From the NCBI RefSeq assembly GCF_009914755.1, contig NC_060937.1: 64,000 nucleotides of DNA, one strand, 5' to 3'. Numbering within the stretch: the first letter of the stretch is position 1; every line of letters starts with the position of its first letter. Positions 39,448-53,714 of this stretch are shown here, piece by piece. A program made the position numbers and the translations under genes. The notes under the pieces were generated by a model. The model did no database searches, was not told where the DNA came from, and saw only the letters and a program-made list of their open reading frames with translations. The DNA is from the human T2T-CHM13v2.0 reference genome, Homo sapiens.

Positions 39448-40689
39448 CCAACTTAGACTTTAAATCTTGTTTGCAACATCTACCATCTATGTGACATTGG
39501 GCAAATAATTTAATATTTCTGGACCTCAGAGTTCTTTGTAATATTTACTTTATAGGCCAGTTTTGAAAATTAAAAAGGATTCAATATATAGCTAGTAAAA
39601 ACAGTGGTACCTCAGTGAATATAGTTTGCTCTCTTCTCAGATACCTCAGTCTCCTGAAGGGAAAAATGGCTAATAATATAATTTTACCTATCTTCCAGGG
39701 AGTCATAGAAATAAAATAAGATTACATAGGTTAAAAATGCATTGAAAATGTTAAAGCCATTTTCTAAATGACAGTGATAGTATTTTATGTTAATCTGAAG
39801 TTTCTTGAAGGAGAATTATGTCTATTTCCATTTTTAAAGTGTTTAACATTTTGGTTTCAATTCTAAACCAAAATAAAAACATTTAAACGCTGTATGTGTT
39901 TGTGTATTCATTAAGTTCTTACGAGTGATGGCGTTAATTAAAAGTTCATGATTCCAGCTACATGTTCTCATTGCTATTTTTGTTTCTTGAGTTTTCCACT
40001 TTCCTTCTTCAACACAAATTTTAAACCCATAAATATGCCCCCCTATCCCAACACATCCACAGAAAAGAAGTTTTCCACAGCCTCACTGGCCATTTTAATT
40101 AAAGGTAAAATACAAACACATATCTCTTCTCATTTCTAGTTTTGTTAGGAGAGGAGTTATTGAAGGGAAATAGAAAATGAAACTTTTGGTTAAGGCCAGT
40201 TTGTTAAATAAAAATAACCCCGCATATATTTAATTTGAATCTAAATTATACCAGCAGGGGCCTAGCAGCATTCATCAAGTTCTTTTGTGAATCTCACTGA
40301 TTCTAAGTCAGTGCAGAGTCCCAAGAATGCAAAATAATAGCAATATTCTTAAAATTGAAAAACCAAGGACTAAAAATTTCATTACCCCAATATATCACCT
40401 AACGTCAAAAAACGTAATGCTAGTTCTCTGAATAAAACTGCATTGACTGCATGTACAATTTGGTCTATTAGACTGCTCCATTATTTTGAATTTGTTTAAA
40501 TTCTTGAATAAAAATCTCAGTGTTAGCACTTTTTGGCGAGATTATAAAAAGTAATAACAGCTGCATTATCACCTCCCAGGGAGAAGAAGGTTTGTCACAA
40601 TGAGTAATGCTCTTCCTGCTGGGGCACAATCAAGCACTCTTCCCATATGCCCTGCACCAGGCTCTGATTTGATTACCCTTTCACAGGAG

Positions 40690-40691
<2 letters not shown>

Positions 40692-40739
<48 letters not shown>
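40692..40739. repeat. (AC)24 perfect microsatellite
   Basis: Direct reading. Confidence 0.97.
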
Positions 40740-40741
<2 letters not shown>

Positions 40742-42909
40742 ATCATCTCCAGCTTCTGCTGAGACAAGGGGCATGATCAGTGACTTTATTTATAAAGTCC
40801 AGTTCAGGGTCTATGGGCCCCATCAATCTATTAAGAATTAGACCTGTAGAAACATGCATTGCTCCAAGAATATAGGCGCTAGTGTTTTTACATGCTTTGT
40901 CTAACAGAGTGATATTATTTTTAGTCCTGTTTTACAAGTGGGATATCAAGGAGAAGTCAGTGAGGGAGGTACAGAGTTGTAACTATTTCTAGATTTCTTA
41001 CCTACAAGGCAAAGAGGAGGGCCAGGAGAACCCTTGATACTGGGCTTTTGCCTAAAGTAGAGTGGGGCACCCAAGACTGGGCTTCTGTACAACCTGATGT
41101 ATCTACCACTTCACAAAGCATCAGTCTCTCCAGGGGGTACCTGTTTAGTCTTTGTAAGTAGGTTGGCTGATGCTCTTAGGAGCTGAATCAAGAGTGTTTT
41201 GGAGTGGGAAGGCAGGCTTCACTTGCATTTCACCCAGGGCACTCTGCAAGGGTTTTCTCTGCATGACCAGGGTCTAGACGACTTGGGAGAAAGGAATTCA
41301 AGGAATTTCAGACTGAGACTCAGGGCCTTGGGTACCAGGATTAAGATTCTTTAAAAAAAAATTGATTAAGAACATTTAACATGAGATCTATAGTCTTAAA
41401 ATTTTAAGTAGACAACATAGTATTGTTAACTACAGACACCGCATTTTACAGCAGATCTCTAGAAGTCATTCATCTTGTATAATTAAAACTTTTTACATCA
41501 CAAATAGCAACTCTCCTTTTTTCCCTTCCTCAGTCCCTGATAACACCATTCTATTCTTTGTTTCTAAGTCTGGCTATTTTAGATACCTCATATAAGTGAG
41601 CTCATACAGTATTTGCCCTTCTGTGCCTGGCTAATTTCACTTAGCATAATGTCCTCCAGATTCATTCATGTTGTCTCATGTGGCAGGATTTCCTTCTTCT
41701 TTGAGGCTGAATAATATCGTATAGTATGTATTTACCATATTTTCATATCCATGCATACATTGATGGATACTTAGGTTGCTTCCATATCTTGGTTATTGCA
41801 AGGAATGCTGCAGTGAACATGAGTGTTAATATCCCTTTGAGATCCTAATTTTAATTCTTTTCATGTAACCCAGAGTTAGGATTGCTGAATCATACAGTAA
41901 CTTTATTTTTAAAAATTTTGAGGAAACTCCAGTTTACTTTCTCATCAACAGTGTACAAAAATTTCAATCCCTTGACATTCTCACAAGTACCTGTTATCTT
42001 TCAGTTTTTGGATACTTTTTGGTTTTTGGATAATCTTTGGAGTTTTTAAAATGAACTTTTGCTTTTTTGATGTATCATTGTGGTTTAAATTATCATTTTC
42101 CTGATATTTAGTAATGTTGAACACCTTTCCATATATCTGCTGGCCATCTTTGCAAATATTTTCTACCATTCCTTTGGTTGCCTTTTCATTCTGCTGATTG
42201 TTTCCTCTGCTGTTTGGTAGCCTTTTAGTTTGAGTTAGTCCCACTTATTTATTTTTGCTTTTGTTGTTTGTGTCTTATGTGTCATATCCACAAAATCTTT
42301 GTATAGGCCAACGTCATGGAATATTTCTCCTAGGTTTTCTTTTAGAAGCTTTATAAATTCAGGTCTTATATTTGAATCTTTAATCCATGTTAATTTATTT
42401 TTGTGTATGGTGTAAGATGAGGTTCACTTTCTTTCTTCTGCATGAATCTCTAGTTTCCCTGACACCATTTGTTGAGGAGACTATCCTTTCCCCATTGGGT
42501 ATTTTTGGCACCCTTTTTGAAGATCAGCTAACCCAATACAGATGCTCTCTTTGTCTTTGACTTTTGACAACTTCATGGTAATGTGTCTTTAATGTAGACT
42601 TCATTGGATTTATCCTATTTAGTACTCTTGGGGCTTTATGAATCTGAATGTCCATTTCCTTCCCTAAATTTGGGAAGTTTTCCATCCTTATTTCTTTAAA
42701 TGATTTTTATGCCCCTTTCTCTTTCTTCTTTTCCTTTTAGAACTTCCCAATTTGTATATTGGTTTGTTTGATGGTTTTCCATAATTTCTTTAAGATTTAT
42801 TCACTCATTTTTATCATGTTTTTCTTTTTATCCTCTGATAAATCCAAATCACCTATCTTTGAGTTCACTATCCCTTCTGCTTAATCAAGTCTGGCTTTGA
42901 AACCTTCTA

Positions 42910-43672
42910 CCGGGAGGGAGGTAGGGGGGTCAGCCCCCCGCCTGGCCAGCCGTCCCGTCCGGGAGGTGAGGGGCACCTCTGCCCGGCCGCCCCTACTGGG
43001 AAGTGAGGAGCCCCTCTGCCCGGCCAGCTGCCCCGTCCGGGAGGGAGGTGGGGGGGTCAGCCACCCGCCCGGCCAGCCGCCCCTACTGGGAAGTGAGGAG
43101 CCCCTCTGCCCGGCCACCACCCCGTCTGGGAGGTGTGCCCAACAGCTCATTGAGAACGGGCCAGGATGACAATGGCGGCTTTGTGGAATAGAAAGGGGGG
43201 AAAGGTGGGGAAAAGATTGAGAAATCGGATGGTTGCCGTGTCTGTGTAGAAAGAAGTAGACATGGGAGACTTTTCATTTTGTTCTGTACTAAGAAAAATT
43301 CTTCTGCCTTGGGATCCTGTTGATCTGTGACCTTACTCCCAACCCTGTGCTCACTGAAACATGTGCTGTGTCCACTCAGGGTTAAATGGATTAAGGGCAG
43401 TGCAAGATGTGCTTTGTTAAACAGATGCTTGAAGGCAGCATGCTCGTTAAGAGTCATCACCACTCCCTAATCTCAAGTACCCAGGGACACAAACACTGCG
43501 GAAGGCCGCAGGGTCCTCTGCCTAGGAAGACCAGAGACCTTTGTTCACTTGTTTATCTGCTGACCTTCCCTCCACTATTGTCCTATGACCCTGCCAAATC
43601 CCCCTCTGTGAGAAACACCCAAGAATGATCAATAAAAAATAAAATAAAATTAAATTAAATTAAAAAAAAAAA
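42910..43672 (+). mobile_element. 5'-truncated SVA (VNTR end, SINE-R, poly(A)), D/F-like
   Basis: GC-rich VNTR 'ccctactgggaagtgaggagcccctctgcccggcc' x2; SINE-R to 'aagaatgatcaataaa'; TSD AAACCTTCTA at 42900-42909 and 43673-43682. Confidence 0.97.
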
Positions 43673-44299
43673 AAACCTTCTAGTGATTTTTTTCAGTTCA
43701 CTTATTGTTCCTTCAGGTCTGGATTTCTGTTTGTTTCTTTTTTAAAGTTTCTAACTCTATTTATATTCTCATTTTGTCCATGTATCATTTTCCTGACTTG
43801 GTATCATTGTCTATCTATGTTCTTTTGTAACTCACTTAGATTCTTTAAGACAATTATTTTGCATTAGTTGTCAGGCAAGTCACAAATCTCTATTTCTTCA
43901 GTGCAGGTTACTGGAAATTAATTTTGTTCATTTGATTGTGTCAGGTTTTCCTGATTCTTTGTATTTCTTGTTCTGTCTGGTTTCATCAGGGAAAGACCTT
44001 CACAGTCAACACAGCTAGAGATTCTGAAAGTCTTTTAATTATTTGTTATGAATATGTCTCCTTTGACATGTGCATGTAGATTCCAAATTAGAGGGGATTT
44101 ACTGGTTTCTTCCTTTTCTTTTTTCTTTTTATTTCTTTTCCAAGAGCTCATAATCTCTTGCTTCTTCTGGTGTCTGACTTCTGGTGTTTGAACCACAGGC
44201 TGGGATGTGGCATAATCCCATTTCTCTCCCTTATTCCTTATGGAGAAGCCTTGAGTCTGTGTCTTCTTCCAATTTTGTTAAGCTGTGGTGAGTACTACA

Positions 44300-44950
44300 G
44301 TTCACTTGCCCTTTTCCCTTTGTTCTTAGTTGCCCCCACCAAACTATGAGAATTCTGTTGGCACACTGGATTAGATGAGACAGAGGCCAGCTTTTTGGGC
44401 AGTGCGTGGAAAGGCCAGAGATGTTAAAGACATGTTCCGCTCCTCCCTCCTCTCTGGGGGAAGACGTCTTGGATTCTGTGCGTTTCATCAGTCTCACAGA
44501 GCTGTGCTTGCCACCGTAAGCTGTCTACCTCCTCTTCTTTGTTCTTAACTACCCCTAGGTGTTTGATGTATGCTAGTTCTGTCAATGCTTCATGTGAGGC
44601 AAGGTAGAAACAGGCCTCTAAACAGTGCATTGTAAGATCATAGACATGGACATGCTCTACTCCTTTCCATCCTTCCTGTGGGAGAAACCTCAGGTTCTCA
44701 CCTTCTCTCAGTCTCACAGAGCTCTGCCAGCTGCAGCAAGCCCCTATCCTTTCTACTTTGGTCTTAACTGCCCCTAGGCATTTAATCTGTGTCAGTTCTG
44801 TCAGTGTTCTGTGTGGGATGAGACAGAAACCAACCCCTTGGGCAGCGTGCTGAAAAACTAGCACATTAAAGGCATATTCCACTCTCTCTTTCTCCCAGGG
44901 GGAGAAGTCATAGGCAGAGGTGATCTCTTTCGGTACTAAGCTGTGTCAAG
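44300..44950 (-). repeat. About three diverged ~220-bp tandem monomers in the L1 5'UTR
   Basis: 'cagtctcacagagct' at 44489 and 44709; 'ttg(t/g)tctta(gt/ac)t(g/a)cccc' near 44320, 44539 and 44758. Confidence 0.8.
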
Positions 44951-45325
44951 TTGGGGGAAGGGCTGATGTAAAATAAAATTGCTCTTTTTACTAACTTTAA
45001 TATGGCTGTCTTCCTTTTTGTGCCCATCTGGACTACTGCAAATTATGGGCTACTCATAAAGATATTTTTGTCCATATATTGTTGCTAAACTGGCATTTCG
45101 TGGAGGATGAAGGACGAAATCTCCTGTTCCACTATCTTGCTAATGTCATTCCTAGGATTAAGAAATTTAATTAAAGAGAGAACAATCACTGATCCCAACC
45201 CCCAGAAGTACTATGAGTGGGGAGGAAAGTTAACCTTCAGGTAAGAGTAAATGGAAGGGGACTTCAGTTAATCTTCTTGCTTTGACTGTGAGAGATCATG
45301 TTCCCAGTTGCTAAAAAGAAATAGG

Positions 45326-45700
<375 letters not shown>

Positions 45701-46440
45701 TTAACAGAAGAGATGTAAAGACCCCCCACCATATGGATGGAGAACCATCCTGTATCCCATTTGAATAAAGAAATTTAATTCTTAGGCAATGAAAACAGAT
45801 CTGTGTTATGGTGAGTAGCAAATAAATGAAATACCTGTCATTTAAAGAATAACAGAGAGGCAGGATGTTTGACACCAGTGAAGAAGTTTTGATGGTCACT
45901 GCAGAGAGACCCAGCAAATGGACACCTTAGAGCTGCTGTATATAACACCAGGGAAGTCAGATGTCCACTCTCACTGGGACACTGCCACATAGTCAGTCTT
46001 CCCCGTTTTGTTGTCTTGGGAAGAGCTATTTTTATCCATTCTTTTGGGTACCCTGATTTGATTGCCTTTCCTTTTCCTCCCACTGTTCCCATGACAATGT
46101 GACCTACAATCTTTCCTTTTGAGAAGGAAAGCCAGAAATACATTCAACAAGAAAGTTGTCCAAAATCGGAGGAAATCTGACTAATAAATTCATTTCACGC
46201 ACTGCTTCAGGCAAACTTGTGTCATATATCCATGGTCACAGTTACCTATTTCACCAGGGCATTACTCCAGTCCTGGCCATGCTAGTCCTCAAAGGCTGTC
46301 AAGTAAGAAAGCAATAATCAATGGCTTTACAAGTTTTTGTTGAAAACCCTGTTCATTCTGTTTATAATGATCTTTATTCTCTCAACTGCACAGAACACAT
46401 ATAACATATCAGAACCAACCTTAGCCTTTAATCATCTACT

Positions 46441-46678
46441 CTGTAGCATATAGAGTAGTACAGCATCTGGCTTTGGAGTCAAGCAGAACTGGATTTGAAT
46501 GATATTTGTGCCATTTTGTCTGTGACCTTAGATGAGTTTCTCAAACTTTGTATCTCAGATCAATAACTATTTTATAAGGTCAGGCACACATTTAGTGAAA
46601 TACTGTGTGTTAAGAGCTTAAATGTCTGACATATCGTAGGCACTCAAATAATGTTAACTATCACCATCATTATTATAT
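46441..46678 (+). mobile_element. MIR, near full length
   Basis: 'ggctttggagtcaagcagaactggatttgaat...tgtgaccttagatgagtt...taggcactcaaataatgttaactat'. Confidence 0.8.
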
Positions 46679-47656
46679 TATGTCTGTTATCCTTTCTTCC
46701 ACCTAGACTGTAAGCACCTAGAGGGCAGGGTCACATTATATGCTTTTATTAGGACCATCACAATATCAGGACTATCACTATTTTGCTCAAGTGAGAACAT
46801 GAAATCAAATATTTTTACATTTTAGAGGATATCTTTAAAGGAGTACTCCAGCTAGAAGAAGAAACATTGGTCCTGAGGCCAGCTCTTCATCTCGGCTTTC
46901 CAACCATTGCTTTCTGTCTCTCCAGGTACCCTGATCCATCAATGTTCTATCCCTTTCAAATACTGAAACTCTCATCCTTTGCAAGCTTCTTTTCCTTCAT
47001 CTAGATGGGCTCATCTCTCCTCTACATCAAAAAAATTATCTCATTGCTATTTTTACCAACACATCATTCAATTTCCCTCTTGACTTGTACCCTCAGATAT
47101 ATCATCAGTGTTCTACAGGTATTACTATTATTTTTGTATCATTGAATTACTCCATAATTCTGTTATTTGGAAGCTCCTCTAACCCTGTATTAAAATCCCT
47201 TATTCATCTCTCACTTGTCATCTTTAATTGACTCAATCTAGAGTTCTCTTTCCGGTCCTTCTCCCTGAATTTTCTGAATGCATAACACTGTTGACTTTCA
47301 TTTTCATCTTATGATTTTCATTTAATTTAATTTCTATGTCAGTATATCCTCCAAATTCTTCCGGAGCTTCAAGGAATATTTTTTCCAAGGCCATACAACA
47401 AATAATGGTAAGCGGTTATTTCCTCAGACAACTTCTATCTTCTCTAAACATTTCTCTAATTTGGTAGATCCCTTGCACCAAAGCAGATAATTCTCAAATT
47501 TAATGTTTTCATCACTTACTTCTGCTTGTTACACAAGTTTTCAATATTTTCTGTTCTCTGCTAATTTTAGGCGTACAATATTGGCCTTTTTGTTGATTTC
47601 ATGCCATTATTTTGGTATTTTAGAAATCTGAATTATTTATGCATTAAGAAATGCTC

Positions 47657-47760
47657 ATAGAGATATAAACTATATTAAAATTTGAATTAAAGAGGAACTG
47701 ATATAGAAATAGAGATATAAACTGCATTAAAATGTGCACAGAAGAGGAACTGATATAGAA
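47657..47760. repeat. 52-bp tandem duplication (2 copies)
   Basis: 'atagagatataaact..attaaaat........aagaggaactgatatagaa' at 47657-47708 and 47709-47760. Confidence 0.9.
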
Positions 47761-48099
47761 AGCATTATGGCACCAAAGATCATGTTTGTTGATCATCTTG
47801 ATTTTATCCATATTCAAGGTTAAGCCCTCAGTATATGTCCAGAGGTTCTTCATGAAGCTGTCTAAGAATGGGGGATAAACAGTGTGGGGATCGAAATGAA
47901 GTGAAGCAAAAACAGAAGGTAGAGGAAAATACATAGGAAGTAAAATGGGGTGTGTGTGTGTTGAGGGGGCGGCAGCCTTTCCTTTGGATTCTGACCACGT
48001 TTCTGTCCCCAGGACAAGAGTCCTTCCACAGCACAGAACCATGGCCACTCGGGATAGTGTTAGAGGCATTATTTTCAAAATTTCAAAATCCAGTTTTAA

Positions 48100-48438
<339 letters not shown>

Positions 48439-49116
48439 GGCCCTGTCATTATCCAAGGACATATCTGCAGCTCCACATCCCTTTTCTTTCTCATCCAGAG
48501 TTATATGTGTTCTTGTAGAGCTTCACTGCTCCCCTAAGTTAATTTATTTATTTTTCCCCAATCGAGCTATCTAGAAAGACTAAAATTCACAGAAGAACTT
48601 CAGGCCTGTTCCCTAGACATCTTTTTGTAGCCTCAAATAACAAGTATAATATCTCCCCCTCCTACAACACAGATTCCATGAGCTACAAAAGAGATCATGC
48701 AAAGAGAATAAGTAGATTTTTAAACTACTCAGGAACTACTTGTATATTAAACATAATTCGATGTATTTCTGTGAAACATATTTGATGTGTTTCTATGTAC
48801 TGCAGTTAAAATCCATTTGAAAGCTCAAATTGCCATATCTTTGACTACTGCAAACCTCTTCAGGTTTTCTTCTGAGTTTTTCAGGCACAACTCAACGTTT
48901 TTGATGCATTCGTTGTTGTATGTCATGGGAACATGTTTCAGGCTCATTTTGCGCATTTCCTCCTCCAAATCTGGAATAATCTATTTCTCCAGAAAATATT
49001 GCTTTCTTTTGCTAGGAGAAAACAGTTCAGAACAGAATCTGTGTGCTGGACACACTCATTGCTATTTGATTGGTCATTGTTTCTAAGCCATTTCAGCACA
49101 CCTGACTGGGGAATAA

Positions 49117-49494
<378 letters not shown>

Positions 49495-50365
49495 TGAGAA
49501 TCCTAGCTCTCAAAAGCACTGGAGATGAGAAAGTTAAAATATCACAGAATTATTTACTGACTCCTCCCACATTTGATATACAACATTTTCAGAATAACAA
49601 TACCAATACTAGGACCCACAGTGATGACTTAATATAGTTAAAACATTTTTTGCATATGCCTTCTTCATTATTTTATAGCTTAATTGTATCTTCATTGTCA
49701 GAGGATATATACACTACATTCTCCATTCATTTTGTCTTCATTCCACAAGTAAATGTATATTTAATGGCCATTATTAGCCCTTTTGTCTCTGTACCTATTT
49801 TTGCCTGAAACTTGTTCTATAGTAAATTTTTCAGGAAAGGTTCATAAGAATAATATCTTGAGTTCTTACATGCTGATGACAGTTTGTCTATACCCTTTAC
49901 ACTCCAAAGTTGGTTTTACTGAATAAAACATCCTTAGCTTACATTTTCTTTCCTTCAGTACTTTAAATACCTTACTCAATTCTTCTTTTGTCAAAAAGTC
50001 TGGTAACAATAAAGTTTCTTTCTCTTATAAATGGCTTGGTCTTGTAAACAGTTGGCCAAAAGTTTTTCTTTTTCTAATCTTTAAATTGTGCTAATTTTTT
50101 TTTCTAGGAATGTCTCAGGGTTGGTTATTTTGTTTCAGTTTTGTAAAGTGTGTACCATGCCCTTTCAATATGTAATTTCAAATCATTTTTATATTTCAGA
50201 ATAATTTTCTTCAATTATAGTCTTAGTATTTGTTCTGTAATCTTACTTTTATTTCACCCCAACCCCAATTTGTGGTACCCTATTATATGTATTTGGATCT
50301 TCTTTGTTTTTCTTCTGTATTTGCCACAATTGTGCAAATCCTTTTTATCATTTTGTTTTAAATTT

Positions 50366-51000
<635 letters not shown>

Positions 51001-52434
51001 TTTTCTTGTATTTTTATATTATTGTCTTTTGTATTTATTTGCTTTAATGTTCTGATCAGTTAAGTCTTCATTTATGAAATGCTTTTTTCCTTTTATTTCT
51101 AATTCTTTTCTGATTTTTACCACCACACTCAAGAGTAATTTTTATTTTGTTCTTTTATATTGTATATAATTTTCTTAAAATCTTTTAGCTTATTTTCAAA
51201 TATTAGGCTATAATTTTCATCTTTTATGCTGTGCCTTTCCAGCATTTAAAAATTTTCAGTTAGTTTCCTCATAGTTTTAGTATGGAGTGTGACTTCAATT
51301 CTTCTTTGTTACTTAATTTTATATAAAATCAGTTTTCCTAATCTTTCAGGAGGAAGGCATGGTTCAGGATTTTTCTTTAACATCATATTCTAGAGCTTCT
51401 AGTATTTCTAACATCTCTATTTCTCACCTCAATTTTATCTAAACTTATTTTTCTTTAGTTTTTTTTTTTATCCCAGTTATGCTTAATTTGGAATCTTTTT
51501 GCACCAGTTTTTGCAGCTGTGTGTAGCTTTCTCCTTGAATGAATCTTTGTTTCTTTAGTTTTGAGAGGTCAAAACTATAGCTCTTTCAAACCTCACTGCA
51601 GACCTCTTTCTCTTATCTGATGTTGAAATGTGTGAAATCCCTCCCAGTTTCAGCTTCTGTTCTCAAATTGGCTCCCTGAAGGTTGCAGTGAAGATCTGTT
51701 TTTTATTTTGGTTTTATCAGGTCCGTCAGATGTCATGTTGACTCGCTCTGCTTTCACCTGTGAAGATGCTGATATTATACAAGTATGTATCTGTCACTGG
51801 TTGGCTCTTACCTACTCATATTTTGGGGTTCATGAGCATATTTTGTTACCTAGATTTTTGTAAGTGTTTGACATGGATTTGCGGTTTGGTTATTCTAATT
51901 GCTCTATTTTTATGTGGGGATTTGAAGAGATTAAAAAGCACACTTTTGCTGCCATCCTTCCAAAGGTTCAGAATGCTTTTTTTTCCCATTTAATATAGAA
52001 TTTATGTTCAACTATTTGAGAAAAAGAGAGAGACTTCTGCCCTTGAATACACATATTTTCTACTATCTTAACTGATTTTCTTCACAGACTACCAGTGCCT
52101 ACACTTATCTTCTTCATTTCTTTCTCTTCCTTTCCCTTTAGTATTAATTTCATGATTGTTGGACCCTTTCCTCAAAAGACATTTACTTTATTACACATGG
52201 AAATATAGTAGCTTTTCGGTGGATAAACCTGACAGACATTATATTAACAACATAACCAAGTGCTGGAACAAATAGATAAATCATGTAGATCTTGATATAA
52301 TGCCTCCGGAACACTGTCACTTCTGCATTACTCCTGCCCCAACATCCTGAATCCAATCATGAGGAAACATCAAACAAATCCAAATTAAGGGAAATTCAAA
52401 CAAACTAACTAGCTAAACCACTTCAAAAATGTCA

Positions 52435-53410
52435 CGTGAACAGGCAACCTACAGAATGGGAGAAAATTTTTGCAATCTCTCCATCTGACAAAGGGCTAAT
52501 CCCAGAATCTATAAAAAACGTAAACAAATTTACAATAAAAAAACAAACAACCCCATCCAAAAGTGGGTGAAGGATATGAACAAACACTTCTCAAAAGAAG
52601 ACATTTATGCGGTCAACAAACATTTGAAAAAAGCTCATCATTACTGGTCATTAAAGAAATACAAATCAAAACTACAATGAGATACCATCTCATTGGTTGG
52701 AATGGTGATCATTGAAAAGTTAGGAAACAACAGATGGTGGAGAGGATGTAGAGAAATAGGAACACTTTTACACAGTTGGTGGCAGCGCAAATTAGTTCAT
52801 CCATTGTGGAAGACAATGTGGCGATTCCTCAAGGATCTAGAACCAGGAATACCATTTGACCCAGCAATCCCATTACTTGGGTATATGCCCAAAGGATTAC
52901 AAATCATTCTACTATAAAGACACATGCACACATATGTTTATTGCAGCACTGTTCACAATGGCAAAGATGTGGAACCAATCCAAATGCCCATCCATGATAA
53001 ACTGGATAAGGAAAATGTGGCACATGTACACCATGGAATACTATGCAGCCATAAAAAATGGTGAGTTTGTGTCCTTTGCAGGGACGTGGGTGAAGCTGGA
53101 AACCATCATTCTCAGCAAATTAACACAGGAACAGAAAACCAAACACCACATATTCTCACTCATAAGTGGAAGTTGAACAATGAAAAACACATGGACACAG
53201 GGAGGGGAACATCACACACTGGGGCCTGTCAGGGAGTGGGGGGCTAGAGGAAGGATAGCATTAGGAGAAATACCTAATGTAGATGACAGGTTGATGGGTG
53301 CAGCAAACCACCATGACACATGCATACCTATGTAACAGACCTGCATGTTCTGCACATATATCCCAGAACTTAAAGTAAAATAATAAAAAAAAGGCCAAAA
53401 AAAAAAAAAA
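52435..53410 (+). mobile_element. 5'-truncated L1PA (PA7/8-like): ORF2 C-terminus, 3'UTR and poly(A)
   Basis: Translates to frameshifted ORF2p C-terminus (YKDTCTHMFIAALFT...LETIILSKLTQEQKTKH); TSD aaaaa(t)gtca. Confidence 0.95.
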
Positions 53411-53714
53411 GTCAATGTTGTAAAGAAGAAACTGTTCTAGATTAAAAGAAAGTAAGGAAACTGGGTAAATAAATGCAATGTATGATGCTGAACTGGACCA
53501 AGAAGAAAAGTACATATTTTTATTTTGCTTCAGTGGACATCAGTGAGATAATTGGGGAAACCTGAATATGGTTTATAGATGATATAAATAAGCTATATCA
53601 GTTATAATGGTTTGATTTTGATAATTCTACTGTGGTTATGTAAAAGAATACCTATAATTTTAGGAAACTCACACAAAGGATTTAAGAATAAAGGGGTATT
53701 ATTACTGTAACTTA

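Larger units (their letters stand above)
41353..45153 (-). mobile_element. Old L1 (L1MA9-like 3' end) with both termini, a large ORF2 deletion and a nested SVA
   Basis: 3'UTR and ORF2 C-terminus 41353-42540; ORF1-like sequence 42541-~43980; 5'UTR to 45153; TSD AGGATTAAGA at 41337-41346 and 45154-45163. Confidence 0.8.

Noticed and set aside
40251-40263. CTCF-like motif CCAGCAGGGGCCT (similar one near 4990)
   Set aside because: Mismatch at the conserved GGC end; such partial matches are expected by chance
42881-43628. Several overlapping ORFs and CpG-island-like composition
   Set aside because: All derive from the SVA VNTR and SINE-R; not a gene promoter
44424-44882. 152-aa minus-strand ORF with internal repeats
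   Set aside because: Non-ATG start; the repeats just reflect the L1 5'UTR monomers; no recognisable domain
44300-44950. Regularly spaced motifs resembling a repeat-spacer (CRISPR-like) array
   Set aside because: The intervening sequences are homologous to each other, the period is ~220 bp, the context is eukaryotic and there are no cas genes; it is a diverged tandem repeat
47644-48078. 144-aa minus-strand ORF
   Set aside because: Non-ATG start, composition typical of AT-rich non-coding DNA, crosses a tandem duplication, no domain or exon support
52693-53176. ORF2p-like peptides
   Set aside because: Frameshifted C-terminal remnant of a truncated L1PA; cannot encode a functional protein
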